This document shows positions 11,801 to 25,400 of a DNA stretch of 64,000 nt, piece after piece. This DNA comes from Podarcis cretensis (taxonomy: Eukaryota). Position 1 is the stretch's first letter; each line of letters starts with the position of its first letter. The notes under the pieces are model-generated. The model was not told the origin of the DNA and made no database searches. It saw only the letters and a list, made by a program, of their open reading frames with translations. The DNA lies in assembly GCA_951804945.1 (NCBI GenBank), contig OX638156.1, positions 83,762,001 to 83,826,000 on the forward strand. Direction: 5' to 3'. A program made the translations under genes and the position numbers.

Positions 11801-14800
11801 GATTCTGTAAGAACCAAGAGCCCACTCCTGAGAGCTGCTCTTTCCAAGAGCCCAGGCTCCAGGAACTGTAACAGATGGGTTCAAATAACTCTTAACTTAT
11901 TAGTGTACGGGCATAGATGGACTTGGGCTTTGTACCTCTACCCAATCAAAGATCTGCTCATCATTCGCCTTGTCCTCGATAATGAGTTTCTCCAGCTGTT
12001 TGTTCAACTCTTCAGCAGAGAGCTCCTTCTTTGAAAGTGCTTCTGAGGAACTGGAACTGTCAGTCTCTGTGAAGTCCAACTTCTGCAGTGTTACAAGAGA
12101 AGAGAGAATGGCTTTAGTTTGGCGTGACATGCAGGGTCCCCCACCCACGCCAGTGAACACCCTGAAGTGGGGCTTAACCATCTATTCTTCCAAAGGGTTA
12201 AAGACCTTTTGCAGTGGAGGCTGGTCCCACCTCAAGGGTCAGAAGGGACAACACAGCATCTAGTCAAACCTCCTCCCCCTATCAGAAGTGAACAGAGTGA
12301 CCTAAAGGTCAGAGTGACCCTGCTCTGGCTCCCAACTCACCTGCTCCATGAGAAAGGTGTGGACATCCTCCTCTTCAGGTAAGAAGTCTTTCCAACTGAG
12401 GCCAGCCTCCCTCCATAAGGCTGCCACTTTCTTATGGCTCTAGAACACAGAAGGAATTTGAAAAATCAAAGAGAGAAGAGCAGGGAGACCCAAAACAGCC
12501 ATGGTGTTTAAAGCAACCTCCAGCCCCACCATGACAGTTCTTTTTCGGGGGTGAGGGGGAAACCTGGGTGAGTGCAAAGTATCACATTCAATATCCTGAC
12601 TTTAGGATGTTCTGTTCCAACAGGAGGGTTCAATCCAATGCTGCTGTGGGGTCAACGGGATTCAGCAGTCAGTGGGGCCAAGAAAGTGCCACCCTTTCGG
12701 GGTAGAGGCCTGCTCAGGTTGGGTCAGCAACTGGGAACATCTCTGAATTTGAAGCATCTTCAGAATGAGGCTGTCCTTTGTGATTCCTGCTCCTGATCAA
12801 CCAAAGGGAGCTTCAAAGCCTTTTCAGGCAAAATGTGAATGCAACTCACTGACCTGGGAGTCTTGGGCAGGCTTCTTGACATTTTTCATTACATTACGGA
12901 TTCCCTTTGCACACACACACATCCAGATCTGCAAGTGGCCTGGAACACTTACCATTTGTTTGCATAGAAGGTGCAATATTTCGGAAAGCAAGATGCCGGC
13001 TCTTCCCACAGGGAGCAAGGGTTTGCTAAATTCTCTGCAATAGGAGAGAGCAAGAGAGCAGTGTAAGCTTTGCCACCTGACAGGCAACTAGAACATAGTG
13101 AAAGGTCACCATGAAGGGGGGGGAGGGAGGGCTCTGGCCTTCACTAAGTTCTACTTCAGTCTTTGACCACATAAGCAACTCTGTTCTGGAGCTGGAGGGA
13201 GACCACAGCAGACAAGTTTAGACAGGCAGGATATTTGGGGAGTTGCCACCCTCTGCTGGTTCAGCCCTTAAGGCAGGGGTGGCAAGCCTCTGGCCTGCTG
13301 GGAAACCCTATTTAGCGTGCCAGACTGTTTCTGGTAAACTGCACCCACCTGCCATCATATGAGACATCAGGTGTGGGACTAGGGCTAGTGTGGCTTAAAA
13401 TGTACGCCACTACAGCAGCAAGGATCCTTTTAGCAAAGTATTGGAAGACACAAGAACTACCCACACTGGAAGAATGGCAGACGAAAGTGATTGACTTTAT
13501 GGGACTGGCAGAAATGACCGGCAGAATCCGCGACCAAGAGAAAGAGACAGTGGAGGAAGATTGGAAGAAGTTTAAAGTATATCTTAAGAACTGTTGTAAA
13601 ATAGAGGAGTGATAAAATGTCAAGGGGAAGGGAGATGCAGAATTGCAGCAAAAACTGTTTGATGATTTAAGGTAAAATTGAGAATGATAATGAGCTTAAA
13701 CTTAATTGGCAAAAAGAGTTGTTGAAAAACTGTAAAATAAAGATGCAAAAAGGGTGAGGTATGGGGAAGTCCGAGAAAAGAGGCTTATGAAAATGAGGTT
13801 AAGAAATGATATCTTTGTATGTGTTTGTATTTGTTGATGTTTGTATGTTGTTGTTGTTGTTGTTGTTTTGTGTTAAAAATTGGAAAATTAATAAAAATTA
13901 TTATAAAAAATAAAATAAAATGAGCTCTTAAGCATTCCTTTGCTGGAGGTAAGGCATGTCCCCACTGTCCAACAGCTGAAGCACACCTTACTCCAGACTC
14001 ATGATGGGTTTACACTGAAATCTCTGTGAAAGCCCCCGTTTTAGTTGAAGTCTGTGCAAATCCCTTTGTGATCTGGAAGTGTGCCTTCAAAAAGAAACAT
14101 TGCCTGACGTCATTTTAACTGGTGGGCCCTGTACACGCGTCTAATTAGGCCCATGAGGGGTCTGGCAGATTTAAATCTGACTTAACCGGAGTGTGGAAAT
14201 TCACTGCCTCAAGGCAATAACAATACAGTTTGTAGCAAGCAACAGGTCTCGCATAGGTCACTGCGGTTGACTGTGGCTAGCTTGACCTTATCTATGCAAG
14301 GAGTTCCAAGGGCAGCCGGTGCAAGCATCACCCCACGGCTAACGGAGAAAGAGTGCAGCTTACGTCAGAAGTTCTCTCATAGAGATTCCTCCTTCTTTCA
14401 GCATAGGCGTCACCAACTCAGCCAGGTATAACCATATGTGGGGTATATCGATGGCCATGTCGTCTGCCGTCTCCAAGGTGTCCGCAAACCTAAGGAGGGA
14501 AGCAGAGTTGCTCAAGGCACATTCCATCTGGGAGGCAGCTGGTCACTCTCTGCATCCAGCCCAAATGTAACTGTTTGTAGTGAGCACCCATGAAAGAAAG
14601 AAAAAATACCCAGAGATCTTGCTTCCTTCCCTGGCAGACTACCAACCCCTTGAAAAAGTCCTGCTTGCTGAGCTTCTCCGACTGCACCAGCTGATACAGC
14701 AACTGGCCCATGTGGTCTCTGGTGATCTGACTCCGCTCCAGGGTTGATTCCACGCCCACCTGCACAAACACAGGCAGCATTCCCGGTATGCTCAGCTCCT

Positions 14801-16424
14801 CCACGCACTGCATCGCTTCCTGTCCAGACAATACAAAGGGAGGTTTCTCTGTAGTCCGTGGGCTAAGAGACTTTCCTTGTGCAAAAGCTCCTCAGCTGAC
14901 CTTAATAAAGGTCCTTCTTGCTCTCTGCACTGATACTGTAAGATCAGAGGCCACAAAGCCAGACCTCGGAAAGGGTGGCTTTTAAACGCTTAAGCCCTCC
15001 GCCCCAAGAGAAAACTCCAATGCACGTCATGATGGGCCACAGCTCTCCTTACCTTATAATCGTTTATGTGCAAGAACTCGTCAATGATCGATTTGCACTT
15101 TCTCTCTATTTCCTCTTCTGACAATGCAGGTTTTTCTTGGGCTGGGGATGTGGAAATTTCAGGCTTGGCTGTTAAGACAGTTGAATGGGTAAGGGGAGAG
15201 GGAGAGAAAGAGGCAGGAAATGTAGAAGGCTTACTTCAATGCAATGCCAGAGAGGCATTTTTCCCATGCACAATTCCATTGTCATTATAGACAAGTCCTT
15301 AGGCTGTGTCCTGCCATTCTTCGTAAGTCCTACATGCAGCTACACACTCTAGGATTTGTGGTGTAATTCATCCCAGAGAGAGATCTGCACAGAATACCTC
15401 ACTTTAGATCACCACCATTTTGACTCAGAAGGGGCAACAAATGAATGTGGATGAAATAATGCTATGAGCTCAAGAGGGAATGAACATAAATTAAAGGTAA
15501 AGGTAAAGGTACCCCTGCCCGTACGGGCCAGTCTTGCCAGACTCTAGGGTTGTGCGCTCATCTCACTCTAGAGGCCGGGAGCCAGCGCTGTCCGCAGACA
15601 CTTCCGGGTCACGTGGCCAGCGTGACAAGCTGCATCTGGCGAGCCAGAGCTGCACACAGAAATGCCGTTTACCTTCCCGCTAGTAAGCGGTCCCTATTTA
15701 TCTACTTGCACCCGAGGGTGCTTTTGAACTGCTAGGTTGGCAGGCGCTGGGACCGCCGCGGGGATTCGAACCGCCGACCATGCGATCGGCAAGTCCTAGG
15801 CGCTGAGGTTTTATCCACAGCGCCACCCGCGTCCCTGCAGGACATAAATTAGCACCAACCAAATCTGTCACAAAATGTTTCTGCTCATCCAGCAGGAAGG
15901 ACAGCCCAGAGTTCAGAAGCCCCAACTTGGAGGAGGAAGAGGAAAAGCTCACCAGTTTCCTTGGCCTTGCTCCTCTCTGCCTCTGTGCTGTTCCAGTCGC
16001 TCTCCAGCCCCCCTGTCAGCTGCTTCACAGTCTCCAGCATCTCCCGCCGCTGTTCTTCCTGAGCCTGGTTGTCCAAGAGCTGCTCCTTGCTGCTGCTGAC
16101 CCGCAAGAAGGTGTTGGGTCGTGAGGCTGGGGAGGGGAGCAGCTTGTCGTTCTTCTCCCTGCCTGTGCTCCCCCGACTGTGGGAGCAAAGACATTTCTCA
16201 GGAAAAATCCTTATTCATTCATTGCTTGAAAAAAAATTAACCCCCAACTCGGCTATGTGCCAATTAGCTTTCAAGTGACTTTCAAGTGATAGTAAACACA
16301 GACATCAAGCGCTAAAAGCAGAAGACTTTTATTGGAGAGACAATTAAATCTCTGCTTTTTTCACACATTTCATTACGCGGACAGAAGTCAGCTTAATCAC
16401 ATAGAACACTTCATTCAAGGCAAT

Positions 16425-16456
<32 letters not shown>

Positions 16457-19400
16457 AATGAAGTGGGAGAGAAGCAGCCATGGGTGGCCTGAGACTTACC
16501 TAGTTAAGGCCCTGCGAGAGTCCAACTCTGCGGATGTGGCTGAGGCAGACACAGATGATGCGGGAGGCTGCAGTGCAGAGAATCGGTTCAAACTAGTGGC
16601 ACTTGGTCGTAAGGAATCTGCAAGAGGATGTTGGGGAGAGTAACAGCTGTCTCAAGGGCTCCAGGAAACCTATCAGCCAGAGGCCCAGAAGCTCTTAAAC
16701 CTAGCACAAGTTTAACTGTGTCAAGTGGATGCCTTGATTATCTCTCTCAACCTTCAGGGCTGAGGTTTTTTGCACTGAGGGAGAGATGGGTCACCTACAG
16801 ATACAAGAAACCCTTTAAAGCCTTAACTGGCTTGGGTGTCTCCTAAGGACCAAATCCTTCCCTAGAAACAAAGGCTTATGAGGAACAGTTGAGGAAGTTG
16901 GGTATGTTTAGCCTGGAAGAGATTGAGAGGCGATAAGCTACCTTTAAATATCTGAAGGGCAGTCAAATGGAAGTTGGATTCAGCTTGTTTACTGCTGGAT
17001 CCGAAGGACAGGACCCAAACCAATGGATTCCAAATGACAAGAAAGAAGATTAGGACTAAACACCAGGAAAAACCTCTGACAGTTAGAGCTGTTCGACAGT
17101 GGAACAGACTCCCTTGGGAGGTTCTGGACTCTCCTTCAGTGGAGGTTTTTAAGCAGAGGTTGGATGGCCATCTGTCATGGATGCTATGATAATTTGCTCT
17201 GATTTCTTCTTCCAGGCACTGATACTGAGTGAAACTCAGCAATCATCCAATCAGGGCAGAGTCTATGCAGTAGAGACGTCAGCACTATGGTGTGGACTCC
17301 CCAAAGGTATTTGCCAAGCTCCCACACTGAGATCTTTCCGAAGCCAAGCAAAAACCGGCTCTTTCAGGAGACTCTCTAGCTAACTTAATCATGCTATTCT
17401 TAGCTCTTGATCGGTTTCCGACTGTAGTACTATAGTGTATTGTCTACAGACTGCTGCAGCACTACTGTCAGAAATGGATCAAGCACTGGTTTGATCCACC
17501 TATTCAGTTACTTTGGTGAAATATTTGAATGTTTAAGAAAAAGAAGAAGTAGAACATGGGAGTTATATCAGGCTAAGTCCTTCCCAAAGTAAATCCACTG
17601 AATTTAATGAACCTAAGATAGTTGTAGCCATTTAACTTTAGTGGGTGTACCAAGAGGAGGGCTAGCACTGAATATGGAGTTTGCACGGCCCATTCAGACA
17701 GGAAGCAAGCCAAGACTGGAAATTCCAAAAAAGGAGAAATGAGAAGGAGATGTATTTGACGAGGAACAGCAACTGCCAGCACTTTTCAGGGTGCACAGAG
17801 CAAAATGCAGGGTGGGGGGCCTCCACACTCACCAATCTCACTGGCCTTGGCTCCCCCACTGCTGCCTTTTCCCCAGCTGCCCAACTGGGCTTTAGGCACA
17901 AGCTGGATCTTCTCATCTATTGTGGGCTGAAAAGAGACACAGACAGAAGCACAAATCAGGGAGAGCCTACTGGGGATTGGAACCGCCCCACTCAATCCTG
18001 TTTCACAGAAGGAAACAAATCTTCCTGCCCTCCGGCTCACTGCCACCCTCTCTCCCACCTCCCAGTTCAAAATGCCTAGATGCACAGATGGACAAACAGC
18101 TTCCTTGGAGGACAGGGCAGCAAGAAAAACCAAGATTCCCCAACCAGGCACACTCCAGGCATTCTAAACTACAGTGCCCACTGGCACCAGCTACTGTAGG
18201 TGTGTGAAGCTGGAGCCTGTGGGAACTGCAGTCCAAAACGTCTGGGAGGGCACCACTTTCAGGAAGGCTGATGTTGAGGATTGGGAATGTGGAAGATGAC
18301 CAACCAAAGGAGAGTTGGTCTCTCAGGATTCCTCTCAGAAAGAGATTCTTCCTCCATACAAACCTTGGTGATTTTAAGGAACTTGGTGGGGTCCAGCACA
18401 CGGGTATTTTTCGCCCCCTGCACAGTGTTCCAGCCACCCTCCTCTACCCTCTGAACACCTGCAAACAAAACAAACAAACAAGTTACTTTTTATAATCCCT
18501 GATATGGTAGCTAAAGTGGTATGGGATGAGTTGTATGTGTAAAGTGAAGCTTGAGAGCCTACGGGAATAAGGCTCCTATGTTTCCCTCTGTCGCATCTAG
18601 CTGAAGAGTGCATTTCAATTTGCATTTCTGCCTAAGCAATTGTGTGGTAGGTTTTTAAAAAATTATTTGTGCAGTTTCACCATTTGCCTATTCTGTGCAA
18701 TGGTCCATGCACACGCTAGTAGAACAAATGGCTGGAGGTTGCTCCCCAATATGCTTAACAATATATATTGAGGCATATGGGCAGAAAGAGATATTCAACC
18801 TGGACAGGGCACTCTATAATCTAGACACCAAAGGCAATTCTCATGACATGGACCCTTGTTTCTCTCTCCTCCTGGTCAAGCATCAGATGGGAACTCTGGG
18901 AACTTACCAGGCCTCCTCTTCTCTTTGGTCATTAGTTGCTGGACTTTCCGCTGCTCCTCCTGTTCTTCAATTTTTGCTTCTTTATGGATCTGCTCTATCG
19001 TCTTGGGGCCTTGATCTGCCCTCCGTGAGACCCAGTTACACTGTGGAAGACAGGAAAGCAAAGATGGATGAGGCCTTCTTTCTTCCCTGCACACTGTGGG
19101 GTAGTTGTGGTTGATGCAGACAGAGGAAGTGGGATATTCTACTGAGGGGAAAACTGCTCGCAAAAGCATGACACAAGTCGACTGTAAAACCACAGCTACC
19201 CTATGACAGCAGCCCATGATGCAGGAGACAGCAGCTCCACTGCCCATCATCAAAAGATGGTCTCTGGCAGCCCTTTGAAAAAACCAAGAACTACCCTCTC
19301 AAGGTAAGACTAAGAGCCAGGTGAGGGCAGTACCCCTTTTCTCTTCTGGACAATTACTCATCTGCTTCCCTTGCTGCACACGTACCTGCCTGAGGTCTAT

Positions 19401-22400
19401 GACATCTTGAAGCATGAATCGTATTCTGGAAGAGGTTTTCCTCTCTTTGACTATCTTTTCCATTTGATTGAAATACTGGTCCATTCGAGGCTAGAGGAAA
19501 CACAGATGCTCTCACCATATTTCATAGGAACATGAAAAACTGCCTAACAGCGGGGGATGGGGAAGGGGATCCTTTCCAGCCTCTCCTGGGAAACCTTTCA
19601 GGGCCTGGAGCAATGAGGGTGACTCTTACCTTTGAACAGGGGCTAATCCCAGCCAGGCAAAAGTAAAGAGGTTTCTACATAGAAATATATAAAAGTCACC
19701 CACCCGCCCCTGCACTTTCCAAGTGGCCTCACATTCCATCCACTCCAGGCGGGTATGAAGAAGGGCCAGTAAGGGGTATGGATCTAGCTTTTCTGAACAC
19801 TTAAGTTCTTTTCAGAACCAAAGAAGATGGATTTGGGTGTTCACTCTTCCCTGATGACACAAGGGGCAAAGCAACCCCACTGCCCCATCTTCTAGGGGAA
19901 AGCACGAGCGCCATTTAGCAGCCCACAGACAAGGCTACAGCCACCAAGGGTCTCAGTGTGGGTGCCAGGTTCTTCTAACCTTGGCTTTCTCAAAGTCCAA
20001 GTCTTTGCCAATGGTAGTCAAGAGGCGGCAGAGGCACTCAAGGGACTCCTCGTCATGGTTCTTCAGCAGCTTCACCACACAGTCGTGCATGATGGCCTCT
20101 GTCAGCATCTTCAGCTTGAAGAGCTCCCCAATGAACTTTATGTTGCCAATGGAGCGCCGTCGGGCCTTGTCCTTGGCTTCTTCCAGTTCATCGTGGAGCC
20201 GCGTCCTCTCCTCTGGCTGAGGGGCAGAGAAGGAAGGGGTGGTGAGAAAGGGCTGCCAGCCACACCACAAGCCCATGGCCTCGCTTCCTAGGCCAGCAAC
20301 ACCACAGGACTCCCATGTCTTGGGCTCCCTGCTCCTGGGAGCGCACAGAGGGTGCTCTGCAGACACTCACCGTTGTGGCAGCTTCCAGCTCCTTCTGCTT
20401 CTTCTCAAAGACATCGTCATCAGCTTTGTCCTTTTCAAATTCCTTCTGGCAACGATTCAGGAGTAGCTTCCGGAAGTTGACAAAGCTCCCGGGCTTATCC
20501 GCCATGGGCACCTTCAGCTGTGTGCAGCACGTGTCGAAAGGGCCAAGGAGGAGGAAGGTGAGCACAACACAGGCAAAACAGGGCATTCTCATCACTTGCT
20601 GCATTCCTAACCAGCATTTTATCATTTTATTTATAAAAATATTTACAGGCCATTATTCATAAAAACATATTAGAGCAAACAGACTGGCTCACAGCATTCA
20701 TATTGAAAACAACACAGTAATATATACATATACATAATATATACAAACTATTAACATCAAAGGTGAACTATTATAGAAAGGTGCTATTATTAATTGCCTG
20801 CATGAGCCTGGTTCAGATAAGCATCTTCAGAACAACCTCCCCATAAACCCCTTTCCATTCTGGTGTCTAAAAGGCAGCAGAAGACAGACCAGTGCAAACT
20901 CTTTGTCAATTCAGCCCAGTATTGTCTACCCTGAATGGCAGAGTATCTCCTGAGACTCAGGCCAATAAGGTCCTTTTCAAATCATCCTTTTAACAGCAGA
21001 TGGCAGGGATCCTATCTGGGCTATCCTGCATGTTAAGCAGGAGCTCTGCCATTCCCCCGCTCCCACTGGGTATTTTCCTTTTCCAACTTCCCACACCACA
21101 CTTACCGTGACGAGACACCTGCACATGTTTGCATAGGCCACAGAGAAGCTGGGTTCATCAATGGCTTTCTCGAACACAAGGTCGATGACGCCTTTCAACC
21201 TCTCTTCCGTGTCCACAGTTAGATCAGTCACTTGCTTCATCAGTTGATTGAACATCTGTGGTGTCAACTTATTCAAGATGCTTCGGACCTTGCGGAATAG
21301 CTCCTGAAGGGAAAATGCAGGTGTTAAGGTGCAAAACTCAAATGAGGCCAAAGGCCTAGGAGAGCAACAACCCAAGACAGCTGCTTTCAGTACCCAGGCA
21401 TGTATGTTTCATTGCGTTGTATGCCCAAACCATCCCAGGTCAGCTTGAACAGCTCCACCCATGTTCACAGCAACTCCAGGAGGAAAGGGGAAGACAGGCA
21501 GACAGGGAAGTTCAGACACAGCCAGGTTGAAACAACCAGACTCCAGAGCAGCAAAAGCTTTGTACAGTGGCAGCTCAGAACACAAATATATTCCACACAG
21601 GAAGTCTGTCCTCTGTGGGATCCCCCTTCTTTCCCCCTCCCAAGGAAAGGCAGAAACAGTCAAGTAGATAACATAGAGAAAATACACCTGCCAGAGAGGT
21701 AGTAGGTTGTCTGGTATCCTCACTTGTCCTTTTAAGCCAGGGAGGTCCAACTTTTCATATCAAGTGGGCCGCAATCGTATTTCAACAAGGAACCCATGTG
21801 TTGTGGGGGGGAGGGGGGAGGAGCGAGGCCAAAATTTGTGCTGCCTTCCCATAGCCGGGTAAGTGAGTCCCTCCCACCCCCTTCCAAAGCAGGAAAGCAC
21901 TAACCAGGTTTTGGGAAGAAGGTGGCAGAACTCTAGGACCCTGTTAGAGCACCCCCCCCAGCCCAGCCCATCACTTGCTCAGCTTGGAAAGGCAGCACGA
22001 GGGCTGGGGAGGTGGGGGTGTCAAATGTTGCCATATGCAGCCTTTGGGCTGCACGTTGGACCACCCTGTTCTTAGCCATGCAAATCACACTACAGCTAAG
22101 GGTGGGTGTTAAAGTGGGGAGTAGGGCCAGCCCCTCGGCAGCCCAGCCAGGAGGCTCATGTTCTTGCCTCACCTGGGTTTTGATGCTCTCAGAGTCTTCC
22201 GCTTGCGTCTCACGCTTCAGACTCGGCTTCCAGGCATTCTCAGCTTTCTTCAGGTGTACATCCTCTTTGACACAAACCGTGATGATCTTCCTGGGCTCCC
22301 GCCTCTGGCCTGGCTGAGATCTCCGCTGTCCAACGTTTAACAGCTAAGAGAAAAACCAGTCCCTTGAATGTTAAGTCCCTTTTAACACAAAGAGGCTCAA

Positions 22401-25400
22401 ACAACACATACAGGACATCCAGCATCAAAGCAACCCTGCTCTGCCAACACTAGCATCTACTTGGGAATTTATACAGGTGAATATAGGAATGTAGCAAACT
22501 GCCTTATACAAAGTCCATCTTCAGGGTTTCAGACAGGGAAACTCTCTCAGCTTTACCTGGAGATGCCACTGAGGACTGAAGCATGGAGTTACAGACCTTT
22601 CCCACAGAGAGAATATGAACCAAGACGGAATGCTGCCGGCAAGCAGTCCCTGCCACACAAAAAGCAGCCCCTCCTTTGCTACCTGGGGCTGAGCCTTCCT
22701 GACCATGTTTCACTGTGGCTGTGATAAACAACCCCAAGTTTTCAGGATACTGCACCTTCTGAGGTATAAGAGAACCAAACGTATAAGAAGGGCAAGGTAG
22801 GAGGAGGAAGAAAGAGAAAGAGTGGGGTTTTTTTGGGTTTTTTAAAAGGTGCTGGAGAACACACTTCCCCCTGCTGTCTGGCAAGTGAGCACAACAGCCC
22901 CAATCCTGCAACATGAGGTCCCTATCCAAGCAAATAATCAGGACTTTGCCTGAGAGGCACACCAGAGTACACAGGCCAGGGTGATCCAGATGCAGCTCCA
23001 ACCGGCCCACGGTGCTGCTGAGGAGACAGTGCCAACAACAAGCCTGACTGGTGGGACAGAACAGCAAACTACCAGCTCGCTCCTCCTGAGGTTTCACCAT
23101 TCACACATGTTCTGCACCAATTAAGGCACCAGCACGCAGGCACCAGCACCACACCAACTCCTTCGAGAATCCAGCCCTTGACATCCAAAATGCAGCAAGG
23201 AGCTTCTCTATGTGCTTAAATTCTACACCGGCAGCTTGAGCTGTAGCACCTGCTACTGTAGGTCCCTTTCTACAATTTTTGGGGGAAGCAGTGATCATTA
23301 TGGGATACCCTAACAGGCAGCAGGATACCTTGATTTTGGCACTTCAACAAGTGTTTCATGGACATCCCCCAGGAGGAGTCTCTGCTCAACACAGAGCCGA
23401 GCAAAATCATTTCCCAGTCCGGGCAGGAATAAGCAGCAAAGGAGCTGTACTAAGATCACAAACTTGTGAAGTTCACGATGCCGGCCACATCAGGTCTGAT
23501 GCAGACACAAGATCTTCGCTTCTGCCCCCCTGCCCCCCCCATACCTCTCACTCCCAACCACCGCTCCCAACCTCTCATTCCCAAACACCACCCAAGAATG
23601 TTTAATATTTTGCAGTCAGACGTAAGGGCTGCCATTTCATGGTAGCCCTCAGCCAGCATTCACCTATCAGCACCACAATCGACAATAATTCAATCCTCTA
23701 TCTCCGGCACCTTCTGTAACATAATATCCCTTGCATTCTTTTCTAGCGTTAGAAAACCGAGCCACTGAGTTAGATTAAGGCCTTCCTCCTGGTGCATCTG
23801 GGGTGGCTTTTACAGCACAACAGCTGGCTATTTTTCTTAAGCTATTTGTACCTATTTCTACTTCACCTCACCCAAGTCGTTTTTGAAAAGAAGATGCATT
23901 TTTTAAACTTGTTACCCGATTAACTGTGCCACCAGGTACCAAGGTTAGTGAAAAGCTGTTACTTTCCAAAATGCAGAAGGGGGGAAAAGCTGCCATTCAG
24001 CAAGGCTGAGATGGAGCATCCACGAGCTGCTAAATGCTCCAAGCCAAAAGAAAAACGAAGACAGGCCAAGCAGGACTTACCTGGTCTCCCCCTCTACACA
24101 GGACTGCGAAGAGCAGCCCTAGGGCAGATCCAGCTCAGGCCAAAGTCCCAGTATGCCCTCTGCTGGTGCTGTCCCACCCACCACTGAAGAGACGGCAGCC
24201 TAGAGAAGAGTACAAGGCAAGGCTGGTGCCATTTCCATTACAGGCTTGTGCTCCGTGGGGTTGTTTGCTAGCTCCTCTGAAGACAGGAGGGCAGAGGAGA
24301 AGGCTTTGCAAAAAGACGCTCACAGTGAGGGAGGAAACTGGGGGCGGGGGCAGGATGGCTTACCCCTATGGTCAGGTTCCTCAGCTGTGGGTGAGATGAG
24401 ACCAACAAAGGGCATGCTGGGGGCCCACACCGAGCAAGGGGCTGGAGTCCAGGTGGGGGCTGCACTTTGCAGGCCTGTAAAAAGAAAGAAAGGGGTGGGG
24501 GAGAGGAAGGTATTATCCACAGGCTGACACAGAAAGACCTGACATGCCCAAGTAGGCGTCTGTTACGGCAGATGGGCACCACAACTTCAGAAGGTAGGTC
24601 TTTAGCTTAAATTTAACCCCCCCCCCCATTTTTTGTTATTCCCCATTAAAAACCCATTAGCTGGCTGGCTATTCCGCAAGCCAAGAAGCAGGTGCCACTT
24701 GCAAAGAACTTCTTTCACCTGACTCCCCATAATTATTTTAAGAAGATTTCTCCTCTTTTTTTTTGTCCCCCCCCCAGCCCCGTATCGTCCCTGCTTGGCC
24801 TCCCCCTCCCCATTTCCAGGCCCCCACTATCCAGAAACCAAAGAGTTCAAGAAGCAGAACCTCTGCAGAATACTAAGCTGGTGGCCATATTCCTGCCCAC
24901 CTGTGTCAACAGAACCAATTGACTCCTTCAGAGAGGAAAACACTATTTTCCAGTCAACTAGAGTCAAGGAAGCCCAGGAGGAGCCTTACAGGTGATAGAA
25001 AGATGCGAGAACAAAGTAAGGGATAGGAAGGAAGACAGTAAGGGATGGGAAGGAAGTAAGGGATGGGAAGGGATGAGGAAAGGCACAGACCAGCGGAGGG
25101 AGGAGGGAGGAAAGGGGGAAAATGGAAGACTGAGAAAACATGACTGCAGAAGAGCCCCCAAACTGGGAGATGCTCCAGATTCTGGAGGGAAAAGGCAAAA
25201 GGTCATTTCTAACTCTGGATGGAACTCTGACACTTACAGGTGTGCCCCGCCCTCCAGGGATTTGTCTTCCGAAATCAGCAAATGCTGGTGTGAAATCTGG
25301 ACCCCGTGCCAATATCCGAGGATCCAAAGTTCGAAGAGGCAGTTTTGGCTGATTGATCTGTATTGGTAGAAAAATGTAAAGTTACGGGTAGCCATGCAGC

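Noticed and set aside
22504-23100. 198-aa minus-strand intronic ORF
   Set aside because: Overlaps a SINE fragment; random Cys/Leu-rich composition with no eIF4G similarity.
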